From Eledone cirrhosa (taxonomy: Eukaryota), in assembly GCA_964016885.1 (NCBI GenBank), contig OZ024743.1:152148001-152212000 (forward strand): a stretch of 64,000 nucleotides of DNA, read 5' to 3'. Below, piece by piece: positions 24,701-39,514 of the stretch. The number at the start of each line of letters is the position of its first letter. The stretch's first letter is position 1. The notes beneath the pieces are model-generated. The model did no database searches, was not told the origin of the DNA, and was given only the letters and a program-made list of their open reading frames with translations. The position numbers were made by a program, and so were the translations under genes.

Positions 24701-27185
24701 CTATAAACTATAACATCTCTCAAGAATCAATCAAGATTTCAACTCTCCTTTACATAATGACTATGATGCAATGGTGCCACATGCTGAAAATAGTGTACAA
24801 ACTTAAAATTAGTGTCCACAAAGATGTTATAAGAGTACTTCGCACAAAATTTTCAGCAGAGGAAAAAAGCCTACTTTATCAAAGATTTTCCATATTAGCA
24901 GCTTTAGAATAGAATATAAATGTCTGAAGTATTAAGATATGTTTCAAATGAAAATGTTATCATAATGGCTTCGATTTATGACTTGTTTCAATTTCCTTGA
25001 TGTTTCTCTTTGCTAAATAAGTTTAATTATAGTTGGCTTAAATTCATGTATTGTTGCCAGCAATAGCAAATCACAAGTCTGCTGGTCATCATAGATTTAT
25101 ACTGGTAAAAAGTTAACAATAGAGAAAATGTCTTTATTTTACTAATACTTCCCGAAAGACATTACAAAGAAAGAACATGAATATTTTGATTTGAAATTGG
25201 TTTGCCATTTAATAGCATTATCTATTATAGATACCAATAGCCAACTTTCTCAACATAAACATGCAAGATTATTTCTCTACTGTGATCAGAGGAAAAAGTG
25301 CCAAGTACTGAAGAGATGGCTATGAATTTTGCTTATGCCAATAAACAATCAGAACTGTGTACATTTTCATTCAAATGTACACAGCTGAAGCTTCAAAATA
25401 AGACTGAAGAAATTAAACATCAGTAAAAGCTGGCATTAAACATAGTTACATAACTAGTTCTGAAAGAGAGACACAGAAATTAAATTTTCACAGCAACATG
25501 TTTGCATAAATTCAATGTTATATATAACAGAAGATTGTATATTTACAATCTAATACAATGATATCCAGCATGATATCCAGGAAATTTTCTTTCACTATTT
25601 TAAAAAGTCTACACTTTTTCTAAATAATAGCTGAGCAATAAATTTATTGGCATCATTATATAAAAACAGCTTTTCTTATAAAATATTATCTATATCTTTG
25701 CCTTTTCCCAGCTATTGATATAATCACTTTGTATATAACTTTTACTCTATCTATTGATTAAAATTTTCAATGAAGAATTTATAAAAACAATAATGTTAAT
25801 AATCATAGCAAATCTACTTGAGATAAAAGCAATGTTGAATGATTATATAAACAATAATATTGATATTAATATCAATTACATAAATATTGCAGTAGTAATT
25901 ATATACAGTTTTATTCTGAAAATCATAGCATATTTAATAATCAATACTTCAAATTATTTCCTGATACCAAAACCTATCTCATTAATATTTTTTCTGAAAC
26001 AAAACAAAAATCATTATATAAAGAGGTAGTGTAATTGATTTTTGTTGATTTTTTTTATCATCTCACAGTTGTTATCAGGTTAAGAATTTTTTTATGTTAT
26101 CATATTTGAATAGGTTGAGATAAAACAACTTTCTCCAAAGTTTGAATTCATTTCAATCTGTAAAATCTATGCATTCAAATGACTACATGCACATTTGCAT
26201 TTCCCATACCACTTTACAACAATATTACAGCACTGTCTCACCTCTGCATCCTTCATTCATAGACTACCAATATCGGTGCACTTATCTTACATTAATATAT
26301 TTGAGAAACAGTCAGTTATTCAATTTATTTGCACTCAGTTTATCTTTCAGGTTCATCTTACATATTCATTATATACACATTATTCAACACAAATTAATGT
26401 ATATCCCCTTTCTTCACAGACCATATTTCCCTTCCATTTAGCATAATTCTTTTGTTTCCTATCCTGCATATCAAGAATGGTTATTCTTCTGGTACTGGGC
26501 TGATTTTGAAGGCTCATACAATTTACTGGTATCTTAATTTAGGCTATTCAACTCCAGGCCTTCAAGAGGATCCCAATTATTCTATATTTCAAACTTCTTT
26601 GGCAACTCTATTGATTCTGATTATTGATATATAGAAGCCTTCAAAGGAATCTAATTCTGAACTGATTCATAATTGATTCAAATATTAGATAAAATATATA
26701 AATAAATAATAAAAGAGAATGATAGATTAGAAGACGGAACATAGACAATCAACTACTGGGATTTCAACTCCTTAGTTTATGTACAGCCAATCCTGAGATT
26801 AATATTAGAGGTATAATAAACAACATTTTGGGGACATAATGAATGAGATTAATTGACTAAAGGCTATCATATTCTTGCTCTCTATATAAACTAACTTCTA
26901 ATCTATGTTGTCTTTGTTATTAATCAACTTTCAGAGCAGAACATAACTGAAGGGTAGCAATTTAAGTGATTAGAATTTTGGAGTATGCATTACAGTTAAA
27001 ATTACATGTAGTTATAAAATAGATTCAAACTTTTAGCCTCTAATCCTGAAATGTTGACCAAATATTAAGCATTATCAGATCTTTGTGTGCCAATCACCAT
27101 TCAGGCCTTTGGTGTCCCCATTCATCTGTCTTCTACTACCAGAAGGCCCATGATGTAGAATGACAACAGATATCACTGGCTGCTC

Positions 27186-27360
27186 TTGGCAGTATCGGTA
27201 GAGGGTCGGACACCATGCTTTGCAGCAAAGAGTTATGGCCCTTTATGGTCTGAATTCAAATCCCGCCGAGGTTAACTTTGCTTTTCATCCTTACAGGGTC
27301 GATAAAATAAAGTACCACTGAGTAATTGCTGGCCACGTGCCAAAAGCAGAAACAATTATA
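27186..27360 (+). mobile_element. OK-like tRNA SINE
   Basis: TTGGCAGTATCGGTAGAGG head; same core and tail as the 13095 copy. Confidence 0.8.
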
Positions 27361-29887
27361 ATACAGGATACAGTTAAATATGCTATACAGCCAAGAGAGT
27401 AAAGTTCTTCCTTTTTCTTTTTTACTTTACATCTACATTGCCATGCTGACATGGCCCAGACAGGCCATTACAGATCAAGTCAGTACTTAATCATAGCTAC
27501 TGTCTTCCTCAACAGACCACATCTTTTTTACATATATTCCAAATTTTGGCATGGTTTCTACTAATCACACTACAGAGGGTAATAGGTGCATTTCATTATG
27601 GCACCAGCTCTCAGAAGGTTGTCATGTCTATGACATGACTGAAGAGTCCTAAAAATGTTATATATGTTAAGAAATTTCTGAAAAAAAAAGCATCTGCAAA
27701 GATCAGGTGACTAAACACTCACCTCAAACTAAATGATAATAAAAATAAATAAATAAAAATACAGAAAAAAGCTGTGTATACTAAGATTTAACCTGTTGTA
27801 GTTATGTGCCTGAAATGAATGAAGAATTAACCCTTTCATTAACATATTTCTAATGAAAAACACTGCTTATAATTTTCAAATAATTCTTTTTAATAATCAA
27901 AAATTTGGAGGGATTTAATAATATAACTAACATCTTTATTATTAAATTGGAGTTTGGAGCCTAACATAAAAAAGGTCCTTATATAAAATTATGATGGAAG
28001 GCTTTTAGGTAAATATAAACATAGCTTTGTTCAGTAGACCAAAGAGTAGTTTGATATTAAAAGAGTTAAATAATAGTCATGAATGTTTCACTAGAGTTCA
28101 TGAAATAAATTTGTAAATCAAATCCTTATTAGTTTGGTTTCCAGCCTTTATACAAGTACTCTTTCTTTCTGGGAACATACATTTCATTGAATTTTATTGC
28201 TACCAGAAATATTTTTAAATAGATGTGTATCTTATCTGAGGGTACAAAAATTATTTCCAAACTGATTGTGTAAGTTCAAATGCTTAATATGGAGATGAAT
28301 AAAACAAACTGATGTGTGACTTTGTGGAATTTAAAATGGGACACCAACAAAGTCCTTATTTTTTAAATTCAGTTCATATATATGCACAAGACTATATTTA
28401 CAGAAATTGTAATCCCATCTCTATCTTTCATATTTTCTTTCAAATAATATTGATTTGAGGATCAACATAACAAATTATCTAATAATGTTTAAGTATGAAA
28501 AGAACAAGAAAATATACTATCCTAACAACTATAAATCCTACAATACATGGAGAGAAGTCTTAAGGGGTTCATATAAACAGAGAAGTATATATTTATAATA
28601 GATCTTGTTTTCTTTTCTTCATTTTTAATTAACTGTGGTTACTACTCTAATAACAAGTATTCTTTTCATTATCTATTTCTTCTCAATTTATATCAAATTC
28701 CTTATCTTTTAATGGAAATATTTGCACACATCTTGCAGCTATATTTAGGAACTACAATTATATTTTCCATTCTATACTTTTGTCAATGTTGTCTTTTGAA
28801 ATTGTATATATTCTGAATAATCTTTAAGAAAGAACATTTGAAAAATGCAATTATTCCCATTAACTACATATCTTGATATTTTCTATTTAAAAAATATAAA
28901 TAACAATAAAAACCTATTAAATTAGGAACCTTATTATAAAGTCTTGTTTTAAAGGAAAATAATATCATCAACCTTAAGCTTGCTCTTGGATCTTTGTCTT
29001 ACATGTTTTCTATATATTTGAGATAAGAAAAAGCATAGCATTCATGGGAGAAGACATAAAAGAAAGATAATCAAGAATTAAATGGGATAAGAGGCATAAG
29101 TAAAGTGAATAAAAGTAAAAATAGAGAATGTTTAAAGATAGATCTCCACACAAGAAAAGGTTTGTAAACTTTCTCCTCAATTTCCAATACATTGTGTTTT
29201 TTGTTATTTTTTCCTTTTTTTTATATTTACAATTCTCATCTCAGAGATTTGCAGATGGAGGAGGATAATGATAAGAATTAAGTTGATTCTAGGTCACTTC
29301 AGTGTTATGAACCATCTTATCATAAATCAAAGTGAGTTTTACAACATTTAGAGTAAAGATTGAATGATATAGCTTTAAGTCATACAAACAGTTAGAAATG
29401 CCCAAGGGAAAGTATTTATGTATGTGTTTCCAAAAGATACTTTTCTTACATAACACAATTAAGATTAAAACAAAGATAAATTATGAAATATCCTAAACAA
29501 CAAGTAGAAAAATTAATAGATATACTTCAATCCAGAAAAAGAAAAATTCATATCATACATTGCAATATAAGATCTATGTTGAAAGAAAAAACATATCTAT
29601 CCCCAGATTATTTCTATGATAAAAACAAAAAATGGATTTCATCAGTCGCTTGATATTCATGTTGAAAATACAATTCAAAATCAAATGAATTTTTTATAGT
29701 CTCATATCAAATACTATTTTTGTGTGTTTCTATAGTGTTATATCTAAAAGGAAATTGCAATAAATACCTTAAAAACAGTCTGATAACTATTTGTTATGCT
29801 ATGATTCTGTTGATATTATAAAAAAAAACTATCGTTATTGTTTTTATTATAGCAGAATGAGCAAGAGACCTGCTTTCCAATGTTACA

Positions 29888-30257
29888 TACCATGTTGCTC
29901 CTATTATAAGACAGACCTTCTGATAATCCCTTTAAAAAATGGCTTAGGGCTTATTTTCAGAGCAGGGCATATATTTTTACACAAAAATAACAGGACAAGA
30001 GTTTTGATAAAAGTATCATTATATTGATATCAAATATAAAGGACATATATAGTTAAAAGCAATATCATTAAAATAATTTAATATATTAATAATCAGCAAG
30101 ACTCTGGAAATCTGTGTTTTATATTAATTTTTATGTTAATTTTTCTTGTAAAAATGTGCTAGAGCTTATTTTCTGGGTAGGGCTTATATTGGACAGCAAC
30201 ATAAAAATCAGACTGTATATTATTTTTCGAGTAGATCTTATATCGGAAAACATGATA
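29888..30257. mobile_element. Tc2/pogo-like MITE remnant
   Basis: TACCATGTT...TATAAGAC and TCTTATATCGGAAAACATGATA ends; internal GGGCTTATTTT subterminal repeats. Confidence 0.55.
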
Positions 30258-31544
30258 CTAGTACTTTCTCTCCTTCTTGAGAACTTCAACACACCAACAC
30301 ATCTCCTCTCATCTTGTATTAAACATTTTGTTTTTGTTCAATCTCTATTTTCTTTTAAATTTTTCAATGTGAAAGTAAGACTACTGGAGGTAGGTTTATA
30401 TGATTTTAGGATATACAAGCAAGAGAAATAATATTCTTATATGTCTATGGTTTCTTATATGTCTATAGTTTCCTGCAGAAATTCAAGCTGAATACCAAGC
30501 TGAACACTTACATCAACAAGGACAACTCACAAGCTGATATGAGAACCTATATGTGGTCAGTTCCTCTGCTAGAAATAGTCAAAATTCCCTTAAATCACAT
30601 CCTGTTGAGTTGGGAGTTCAAAAAGATTGGCTGGATATGGATAAAATGTTAAATCCCAGTTTACTGGGGCTAAACAAATTAATCTGTCACAAGATAAGGA
30701 AGCAATCTTTACATGGTTGCATGTTCTGCTAGAAATGACAGCCAAATCTCTCTCAAATCACAACCCTTCTGTCTTTTAAAAAAGGACATGTTGGATAGTT
30801 TGGGATAGTGGGTATAGTCATTGCTGTGTGTTTATGAGATTTTCTTCATAAGTTGATGATTTTGGTTATATCCCACTGCACAGCAACTTCAACAAGTGCT
30901 TGTGACTATAGCAGTGAAATTTAGTAAACAGAAACTGTGCCAAAGCTTATTGAAAGGGTTGCTATTTCTGTCCTTTGGTGATGTACTTAATCTGTGGCTC
31001 TAATTGATCCTACTACCTAGTTCTTATGTGTCTTTTGTGAGGTCTCTAGTGCATGGATAACTAATTCTTTTCCTCCCACTGGTCTCTGAAAGAGTCATAA
31101 ATGCTAGTCTTTCTCCTCTCACTAAATGATGATGGAAATTTTGAAAACAAAAAGTTAAACTATGTCTAAAAATATGAAATAATTACGTTTGGAATGTTTT
31201 TCATTCTAGATATTCTGGAATCTAAACAACAATTATATAAGAACCAATCATTGCCTTAATGATGACAACAACCAAAACAATAATCAGCAGATACATTTAC
31301 TTCAGGCTGATATAGAAAGGTAGACATTTAAATGTTAAACAAGATTGGTAAATGTCAACTATTATTTCAAATTTTCCAAATGGATTAAACATATATCCGA
31401 TAGCTAACTCGCACAACTTCTTCGTGAGCTTTTTGAAGCAAAGTGTGACAGTTCAATCCAAATTTGCATAAACTCATTTACAGGTTTCAGTCAAACATAG
31501 TGATTCTAGTACATATTTTTTAAAGTCTGGTAATTATTTCATTC

Positions 31545-34064
31545 ATCCCAACCTCAAGCACTGACAAAGAAGCAGTCAAGTCACTTCTTGACTTCATGAA
31601 TGAGTTTTTCTTGTCCCAACTTGTCCTTGCACCAACAAGGCATCAGAAGAATATTCTGGATCTAGTGTTTAGTAACCACACTAACACTTTACATAATATT
31701 ACAGTGGAAAAATCCCTTCTCTCAAACCATGACATGGTTCTTTGTAACCTCAGATTCTACCAGCCGAAAGCTAATCCTAGGGACCTCTTTCCAGCCCACC
31801 CATTTGTTAACAATGCCAACTGGGATGCAATTATGAATGAACTATCAGATGTTGACTGGTCTTTTACACACGCACACATTTCCACCAATATCAAAACATC
31901 TTGGCAGATCTTTGTAGACATTGTCACAAATATATGTACAAAACACACCCCACCAAAACCTGTGAACAAAACTAAGTGCAGTATCCCCCAAAACAGAAAA
32001 ACAATTATCAGAAAAATAAAAAGAACAAACAAAAAAATTAACACACTAAAATACTGCCAACAGCAACACACACATTTGACGGCTATCACCCTGCTTGATT
32101 CAAAAAAATATAACCTCCAGCAATGCATGAAGACCATCATCAATAACCAGAGAACAGCTGAAGAGAGGTGGGCCATTGAGAAAATAAAACTCAACCCCAA
32201 AGTATTCTATTAATTTGTTAAAAAACACAAGGTCACTGTCTCCACTGTTAGCCCTGTAGTTGATGAAAATGGCACACTCCAAGATAATGCCAAAACCATG
32301 GGCGAGATACTGCAAAAACAATACTGCTCTGTTTTCAGCAATCCTGATATGGCTGATCTGGGCTGTATCAGTAATTTCAATCCCCAACACACTATATCAG
32401 ACATAACGTTTGGCGCCCCTGATGTCTTAGCGGCAATAAACGAAATTAAACACCATTCAGCAGTAGGCCCCGACAGGTTCTCTGCTTGTGTCCTAAAGGT
32501 GTATTGACACCAACTTACATCTCCTCTTGCTAATCTGTGGAGGAAGTCACTGGATACTGGCTATATTCCTGAAAACTTTCTGTCCCAGTCCATTGTCCCA
32601 GTCTTCAAAAAGGGAAATAAGTCCCTTGCAGTGAACTACTATCCGATCTCACTCACCTCTTATATTTGAGAGGATGGTGAGATCACAAATAACCTACTTT
32701 CTTCAAACCAACAGCCTGCTGAACTCAACCAACATGGGTTCCGTAATGGAAGGGACTGCCTAATGCAGCTCCTGCATCACTTTGATGATGCTTTGAGAGC
32801 CTTGGGAGAGGGCTCCAACACTGATGTCATCAACCTTGATTTCAGCAAGGCTTTTGACAGGGTTGATCATAAGATTCTACTGAAAAAACTATCCAATATT
32901 GGTGTCTCTGGAAAGTTACTATAGTGGATCAAATGTTTCCTGACAGACAGGGCCCAACATGTTGTATTCGAAGGAGCAAAATCAAGCCCTGCCAAAGTCA
33001 GCCGTTGCATCCCGCAAGGCACTGTGTTGGGCCCACTTCTTTTCATCATCTACATTAATGACATTACTGACATCATCAAGCACAGCAACATAAGAATCTT
33101 CGCAGATGATTCCAAGCTCCAAAGGGTCATCAACGAGGTGGGTGACCGGACTTGCCTTCAGTCAGACCTACTGGCTGTTATCCAATGGGTAGAAAAGAAT
33201 AATATGCTCCTGAAAGAGGATAAGTTTAAATTAATCCACTTTGGAAAAAAGGATGCCCTGAAACTACCATACTCTCTTCCTTCAGGTGAAACTCTAGTGG
33301 CATCCAATAACATCAGAGACCTGGGAGTAATTGTGGACAACAACAGAAGCTGGGTCACTCATATAAACAGCAAAGTTGACATGGCCCGCAGAGTGTGTTC
33401 CTGGATTCTCAGAACTTTCCAGTTGAGAGATATTCAGTTATCCTTCTCTTCTCCACTTTTGCCCGACCCCACCTTGAATACTGTTGTCCACTGTGGTCTC
33501 CCCACACGAAACAAAGTATCATGAAAGTTGAAGCACCCCAAAGATCGATTACAAAAAAGATAGATGACATGACAGGCCTTGACTATTGGAGTTGATTAGA
33601 AAAGCTCAACCTTTATTCTCTCCAACGTCGCCGTGAGCGCTACATTATCTGCATGATGTGGAAAATATTCCATCAGCTTTGCCCAAATGATGTTGGCATT
33701 ACCTTTAATGTACACCCAAGGCTTGGGCCCCGTGCTATCCGCCCACAGCAAAAATATCACTCGCATCACATAACAACAATACGGCACAATTATTTCACCT
33801 CAATTGGCCCTGCACTCTTTAACATTACACCAAAACACATCAAAACAGAAACAGACCCCATCAAGTTCAAGAAGTCTTTGGACAAATTCATTCAAGAAGT
33901 CCCGAATAAACCTCCTACACCCGGATATGCCCCCGTAAACAATAACTCTCTGCTCGAGTGGGCCATGGTGCCCAAACCCTGATTTGTAAGACTTCGCCAG
34001 GTGGTGCTATTAAGTTAAACATGGCCTGGGCCAATAGTGGCCGAAACCTATCAAAGTTAAAGTT
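31545..34064 (+). mobile_element. 5'-truncated CR1/Crack/Daphne-group LINE (disrupted EN end plus RT)
   Basis: PTRHQKNILDLVFSN, AVGPD, LDFSKAFDRVDH, IPQGTVLGPLLFIIYINDI, FADDSK, RPHLEYCCPLWSP; several stops and frameshifts; ends at (TA)n. Confidence 0.9.
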
Positions 34065-34081
34065 ATATATATGTACATGTA

Positions 34082-34138
<57 letters not shown>

Positions 34139-34165
34139 TAAACAAATATATATATATATATATAC

Positions 34166-34229
<64 letters not shown>

Positions 34230-34271
34230 GTGTATATATATATATAGAGAGAGAGAGAGAGATATATATAT

Positions 34272-34726
34272 TATGTCGGGTCACTCTTGAGTGCTACTGG
34301 TGAGGAGGGTGATTTTGGACACCCTGCAGAACAAAAAACAAAACCTGACAAAGGGCGGAAGAACTCGTAAGAGTCAATGGCCATCCAAAAGTGTGTAAAT
34401 ATGTATATACACATGTACCGCATGGTTAAACCACTGGGAGTGAAGGACCCCTAGCCTTTGTCAGAGTATTCTTCTAGGAGAAGGCAACTCAGGAAACTGG
34501 GATGACTCCGATATAAAACCTGCGGCCCAGTAGTTACTGATGATGTTGATCGTTTCTTCTTTTCGGGTTATAGCTACTGTCGCTCAGAGAGTGGGGTTGG
34601 TTCAGTGCACAGTCTTTCTTCACTTTAAAAAATATCTTCATGCACAGGCATTACACAATAGAATTAATTAATAATTATTAATAATGGTATATCGTGCAAT
34701 GGCGATACTCAATAACGAAGGGGCAA

Positions 34727-34732
<6 letters not shown>
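34272..34732 (+). mobile_element. Non-coding RTE-derived element (5'UTR-like)
   Basis: Contains CTAGGAGAAGGCAACTC, resembling the recalled RTE 5'UTR motif; bounded by (TA)n. Confidence 0.45.
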
Positions 34733-34760
<28 letters not shown>

Positions 34761-34765
<5 letters not shown>

Positions 34766-35101
34766 GGCTTAGTGGTTAGAGCATTGGCCTTGCAATCGAA
34801 AGGTTGTGAGTTCAATTCTCAGACCGGGTGATGTGTTGTTTCCTTGAGCAAGACACTTTATTTCACATTGCTCCAGTTTACTCAGCTGTAGAAATGAGAT
34901 GATAGGGACTGGGGTCCATATCATTCCACTGCAAAGTGGTCGTGGAGGTGCCACGGCAAAAAAGCACCCAGCACTCACTGTAAATGAGGTTGGTGTTAGG
35001 AAGGGCATCCAGCTGTAGAAATCAAGCCAGAATCAGTTCCCGTCCCACCCTTGCAAGCAGGGAAAAGTGGACGTAAAATGAGATGATGATGATGATGATG
35101 A
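34761..35101 (+). mobile_element. tRNA/CORE-like SINE with RTE tail
   Basis: Highly similar to 3218-3553. Confidence 0.85.
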
Positions 35102-35178
35102 CACATGTGTATATATATATATGTATATATATACATGTGTATATATACATATATATATACATGTGTATATATATACAT

Positions 35179-35269
<91 letters not shown>

Positions 35270-35795
35270 AGACAACCAGAATGGCTTCAGAGAGGGAAAA
35301 TCAACCACTGGTCACATCCTGATGTTGGGAGAATTTTAGAGAGAGCTAGAGCAAAGAGTCTTCCTGTTGTCATGGTTTTCATTGACTTCAGGAAGGCCTT
35401 TGATTCTGTGGATGAAAACTGTTTGATGAAGATCTTACAGGCTTATAGAATCTCCGAGAAGATAGTGAACCTGATATCACTATTCTACATCAACACCAGA
35501 GCCCAAGTCATTACAGCTGACGGTATGAAAAAGTTCTGTGAGATACTGGCTGGAGTGCTCCAGGGCAATGCATTGGCTCCCTATCTTTTCATCATCCCAT
35601 TGAAGTATTATATGTGCCTTGCACTGGAGAAATACCAAGATTCAGGCTTCACTGTAACACCAGCTTAGAGCAAGAGAGTAAAGGCTAAAAAGATATCAGA
35701 TGCTGAATTTGCTGACGACATAGCTCTGGTGACAAACACAGTGAAGGAGGCAGAAGAGTTGATGCGAGAGGTGGAGACTGCGTCGATGAGTGTGT
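35270..35795 (+). mobile_element. RTE-clade reverse transcriptase fragment
   Basis: [36 protein letters not shown]. Confidence 0.9.
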
Positions 35796-36049
35796 AATGT
35801 TAAAAACCTAAAATTTATTTTATTTGTAAAGAGGAACCACTTTTTTTTCTCAAAAATTTTAGTCTGTTTATAGTGCTAAAATTTCAAGGATTTTATTATT
35901 TAAATATACATAGAGTAAATGTTAAGTAAGGAATCATTTACAAGAACTGGGTGAAAGTGATATGATACTTTCATTATAAGATTCTGAATCATTGCTTATC
36001 CAAAAATGAAATATTTTGTTGCTAAAAAATAGTTTTTCAACTTACTAAC

Positions 36050-36082
36050 AGACAGCATATATTACTATGTAATAAATCATTT
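36050..36082 (-). CDS. Possible micro-exon (33 nt, phase 2 to 2)
   Basis: Weak aag acceptor, gttagt donor (a gtaagt donor lies 4 nt further); NDLLHSNICC loosely like recalled TMEM241 DIDQQYLNYIF. Confidence 0.25.
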
Positions 36083-36597
36083 CTTTGGCAAAGAGTATTA
36101 GATTTTGTTTCTATTTCACTGGGTTTGTGTCTAAAAGACTTCCCTCTAATTATGCTAATTCCTCATTTTCAATCATTATTTTCTACTGCAAGGTGAAAGC
36201 CTACCCAAGTTAAAGAGAATTGTTTCTATTCTGTACCATTCAAATGTGTGAAGCATCCAGAAACTCATTAATCTCATCTCTTCCTTTTGTCCTATCTTCC
36301 TTAACGACATAAAGTTAATCGTTTTGATCACTAGTCCTTACATAACTTTGTCCATTTGTTGTCAATTGGTTATGCCTTGTACCACACCCACTTCCATTTC
36401 TTCTTCTAAATGTTTTAATTAGTCAAATGATGCTCTTGAACTGGAACAAATGTTAAACAAACTGAACAGTGAAAGCAACAAGATGAGATTAAAAATATAT
36501 ATGAAGAAAACATGACATGTTCAATCAAAAGGAAACGAGTATATTCACTAAAGTCAACAATGATTATATTACAACTGACTAACATTTTCATCTTAGA

Positions 36598-37390
36598 CTA
36601 CCTGAATGACCCGGCGTTGCTTGGGTTACTGCTGTTCTTATTCAAATTAGTAAACAATAAATATGGAGATATATTTTTCTTCTCATAATTATTTCAAAAT
36701 ATCTACATTTTATTAAAAAAAATATCAAAATTGTAATGATAATAGAATTTAGAAATGAAAATCTGTCAATCTTGAAGTACCTGAGGGTAAACAATATTCA
36801 TTGTGTAATTTTTTGTTGGTGTCCAAATGAATAAATTGTTGCTGCTTCCAACTCGTGAGCAACCAACATAGAGTTGACTGTGGGAGAAACATGTAGTAGA
36901 GAGATTGAATCCAACTACCTTGAGGGATTGACCCTGAGATTTGTTAATTGAAATAACAAAACTTAGTTTGACTGGTAACTGAAGCCTCTTAAATTCAACC
37001 TACGTATACTCACACACATATATGTATGTGTAGATATGTGTGTGTGTTTAATTCTCTGTGTATTTGATTAAATATTTACATGAAGATGTATGTGTATCTA
37101 ACTTCCTAAGGCCTAATGTATGTAATGAACGCGCAAACACACACACGCTCACAGACACATACACACTCATACAAAATGTGACGTCGTTATCGTCATGTTA
37201 TAAAATAGTGTTTACTGATAGTCTATAGTGAAATATTTTAGATAATATGTTGTATTGTTTTAATCCAAATGAAAATAAAAATTACATGTTAATCCCAGGG
37301 TCTAATACTTGTAAAATTTGATTTGATTTGATTTGGTTGAGCCGTTTGAGAATGCATAAGGAATCAGACCGACAAAGAATTTTTTATAGA
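36598..37390 (-). mobile_element. Internally deleted Helitron with helicase C-terminus
   Basis: 36766-36996(-) reads FKRLQLPVKLSFVISINKSQGQSLKVVG...FSHSQLYVGCSRV; 5' TC; 3' hairpin ACCCAAGCAACGCCGGGT then GGTAG|T. Confidence 0.85.
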
Positions 37391-38849
37391 GAGGGATAGC
37401 TGGTAAATATGGAATACAGCCATATACAGGAAGTAAAAAGATAAATATAAGCTGGGAGAGGTGTCATCATCATCATTTAACATCTATTTTTCCATGCTAG
37501 CCTGGTTTAGATAAGTTGTCTCATTGTGAGACGAGCTAGGTCAGATGATCGTGTCTAGCTCATACAGAATTGTCTCAGACTCAGATGCCCTTCCTAATGC
37601 CAACCACATATACAGTGTAGACTGGGTGCTTTTTATTGCAGCACCAAAACGACCACTTTACAGAGTGGGCTGTGCTCTTTTTGTCCTGTCACCAACACAA
37701 CCAATTTACAGTGTGGACTGAGAACGTTTTTCATGGCTCCAAAACAATTTTTTGGTAAATTAAATGACACCATGAAAATTAAGATGCCAATATGCCTGAA
37801 GTTCAATGACATTGCTATCATACCAACAATGACTTATGGTCAATGACTAAAAACATGAAAGAAAAGTTTAGAACAATACAAAGAAGTATTTGGAAAATTC
37901 ATATTAGGAATTAGTAAAAAGGACAAAAAAAACTTCATGTACACGAGAGCAAACAAAAACATATGAGACTATAAAACATTTGCCAATTACATGTATTTAA
38001 AATACTTTCTAAATTAGTAGTTAATGAAGTAATAGATTTTAAATTTCCATTTATAATATGGACATAGATTTTGTAGTCAATTACCTATGGGAGTTACTGA
38101 AGAAATGTATTAACAATACTATCTAAATAACATCATTATACTAAATTTATTTACTTTTATTTTATTTATACAGCACTAGATGTATTCAGGAAAATTTTGA
38201 TTATTAAAGAATTTCTTCAGCTAATGTTCATCACATGTAGAAGCAAAACTTTTATCAATCTACCAAAATCAGAGAACTTTGTAAGTTCATTACAAAACTA
38301 GTATTGAGTTCTGTTAGTTTATCATTTTAAAGAAAGACTCACATACACACACAATTTAAAGAGAAGACGGAACAATTTAGCATTGTTGATACATAAGAAA
38401 CAGCTTGATTTACATGCTGATGTGATTATTTTTTGACTGGCAGTTTCTGTTGGTGAGGCTATATTATATTAAAATGATTGGTCAACAAGATAAATGTAAT
38501 AAACATTATTTTTAGTATCCAGAAAATGAGCAGGAACTATAATTTAAACAAGAATAACTAGAAACCAGAAAAGATTAAAAATAAAATTCTCTTTTCTAGG
38601 ACAAATTAACAAAACTGCCAAATCAATTTACTATTGATCTAACTGGCAAAATATTTTTGTTGTCAGAATCTCAAGAAATGCTTTAAAGATGTCTAATATG
38701 TAAAAGAATTAATTTTTGATGTGATATTAAGTAGATATAAGCCATCCTGATGAAACATGGTTTTCCTTGTTCTGAGAGAGTGAACAAACTACTGATACAT
38801 ATCTATTTTGTGGAAGTAATGCTCCCTTCATATCAGAAAAGCCTATGTT

Positions 38850-39290
38850 TAGCATACTCCTCTGATTTCCTATATTACACACTAATGGTTCATAGCCAGA
38901 GAGAATTTGGCAAGAATCGTATTGTTGCCCTTCACACGAGTAAGGCATTTGGGGTTCACAAGTATATTTTGTAAGATAGACATGCTAAAGGCAAAAGATA
39001 GCTTCATGCATCATATGGTCTGAAAACTATCTTGCTTATTAAATTGCAGCAAGCCAGCATTCTGATCTCTTGCCAAGTGAGCAACATCTAACACTGTGGA
39101 ATTCTCAACTGTCTTCAACGAAGTTTGCATCATAAAAAGTACTTCTGTAGATACAAATCACTCCAACTACTTTGCTGCAAACTTCATACAAACAACAAAA
39201 CAATACTCAGACTTTTCTTCTCAAGCCCACTCGTCTTACCATCACATGCATACAATAACCAAATATGAAAACCAAAGTAAATCTTTATGA
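38850..39290 (+). mobile_element. Decayed Crack/CR1-type LINE remnant
   Basis: EFGKNRIVALHTSKAF resembles GESRxVALDISKAFD. Confidence 0.5.
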
Positions 39291-39374
39291 CTGATTGGTA
39301 AACCTTCATTCACCAAAATACTACGGTTAATTTACATATATGTTGATTTTTATGCCTATCTCTTCTACCCTTAC

Positions 39375-39514
39375 TGTAATGATCTGTGAAGCGGAAGTAG
39401 TCCAAGACAAAATAAATGAGCGATTAGAGTTTTCTTCCCTAACAAAACTCTGATCGTACATTTATTTTTCTCTTGGACTGTTTCAGCTTCGCATTTGAAA
39501 AAAGGGTAATAGCC
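39375..39514 (-). CDS. Predicted internal exon (acceptor at 39514 or 39438)
   Basis: CA|gtaagg donor; GYYPFFKC...GKKTLIAHLFCLGLLPLHRSL; HLFCLG resembles recalled TMEM241 HLLCVG. Only the 39438 start is in phase with exon 50138-50304. Confidence 0.65.

Noticed and set aside
25255-25485. Strong minus-strand acceptor tctctctttcag
   Set aside because: All three frames close within ~40 nt and no phase-supported exon was evident.
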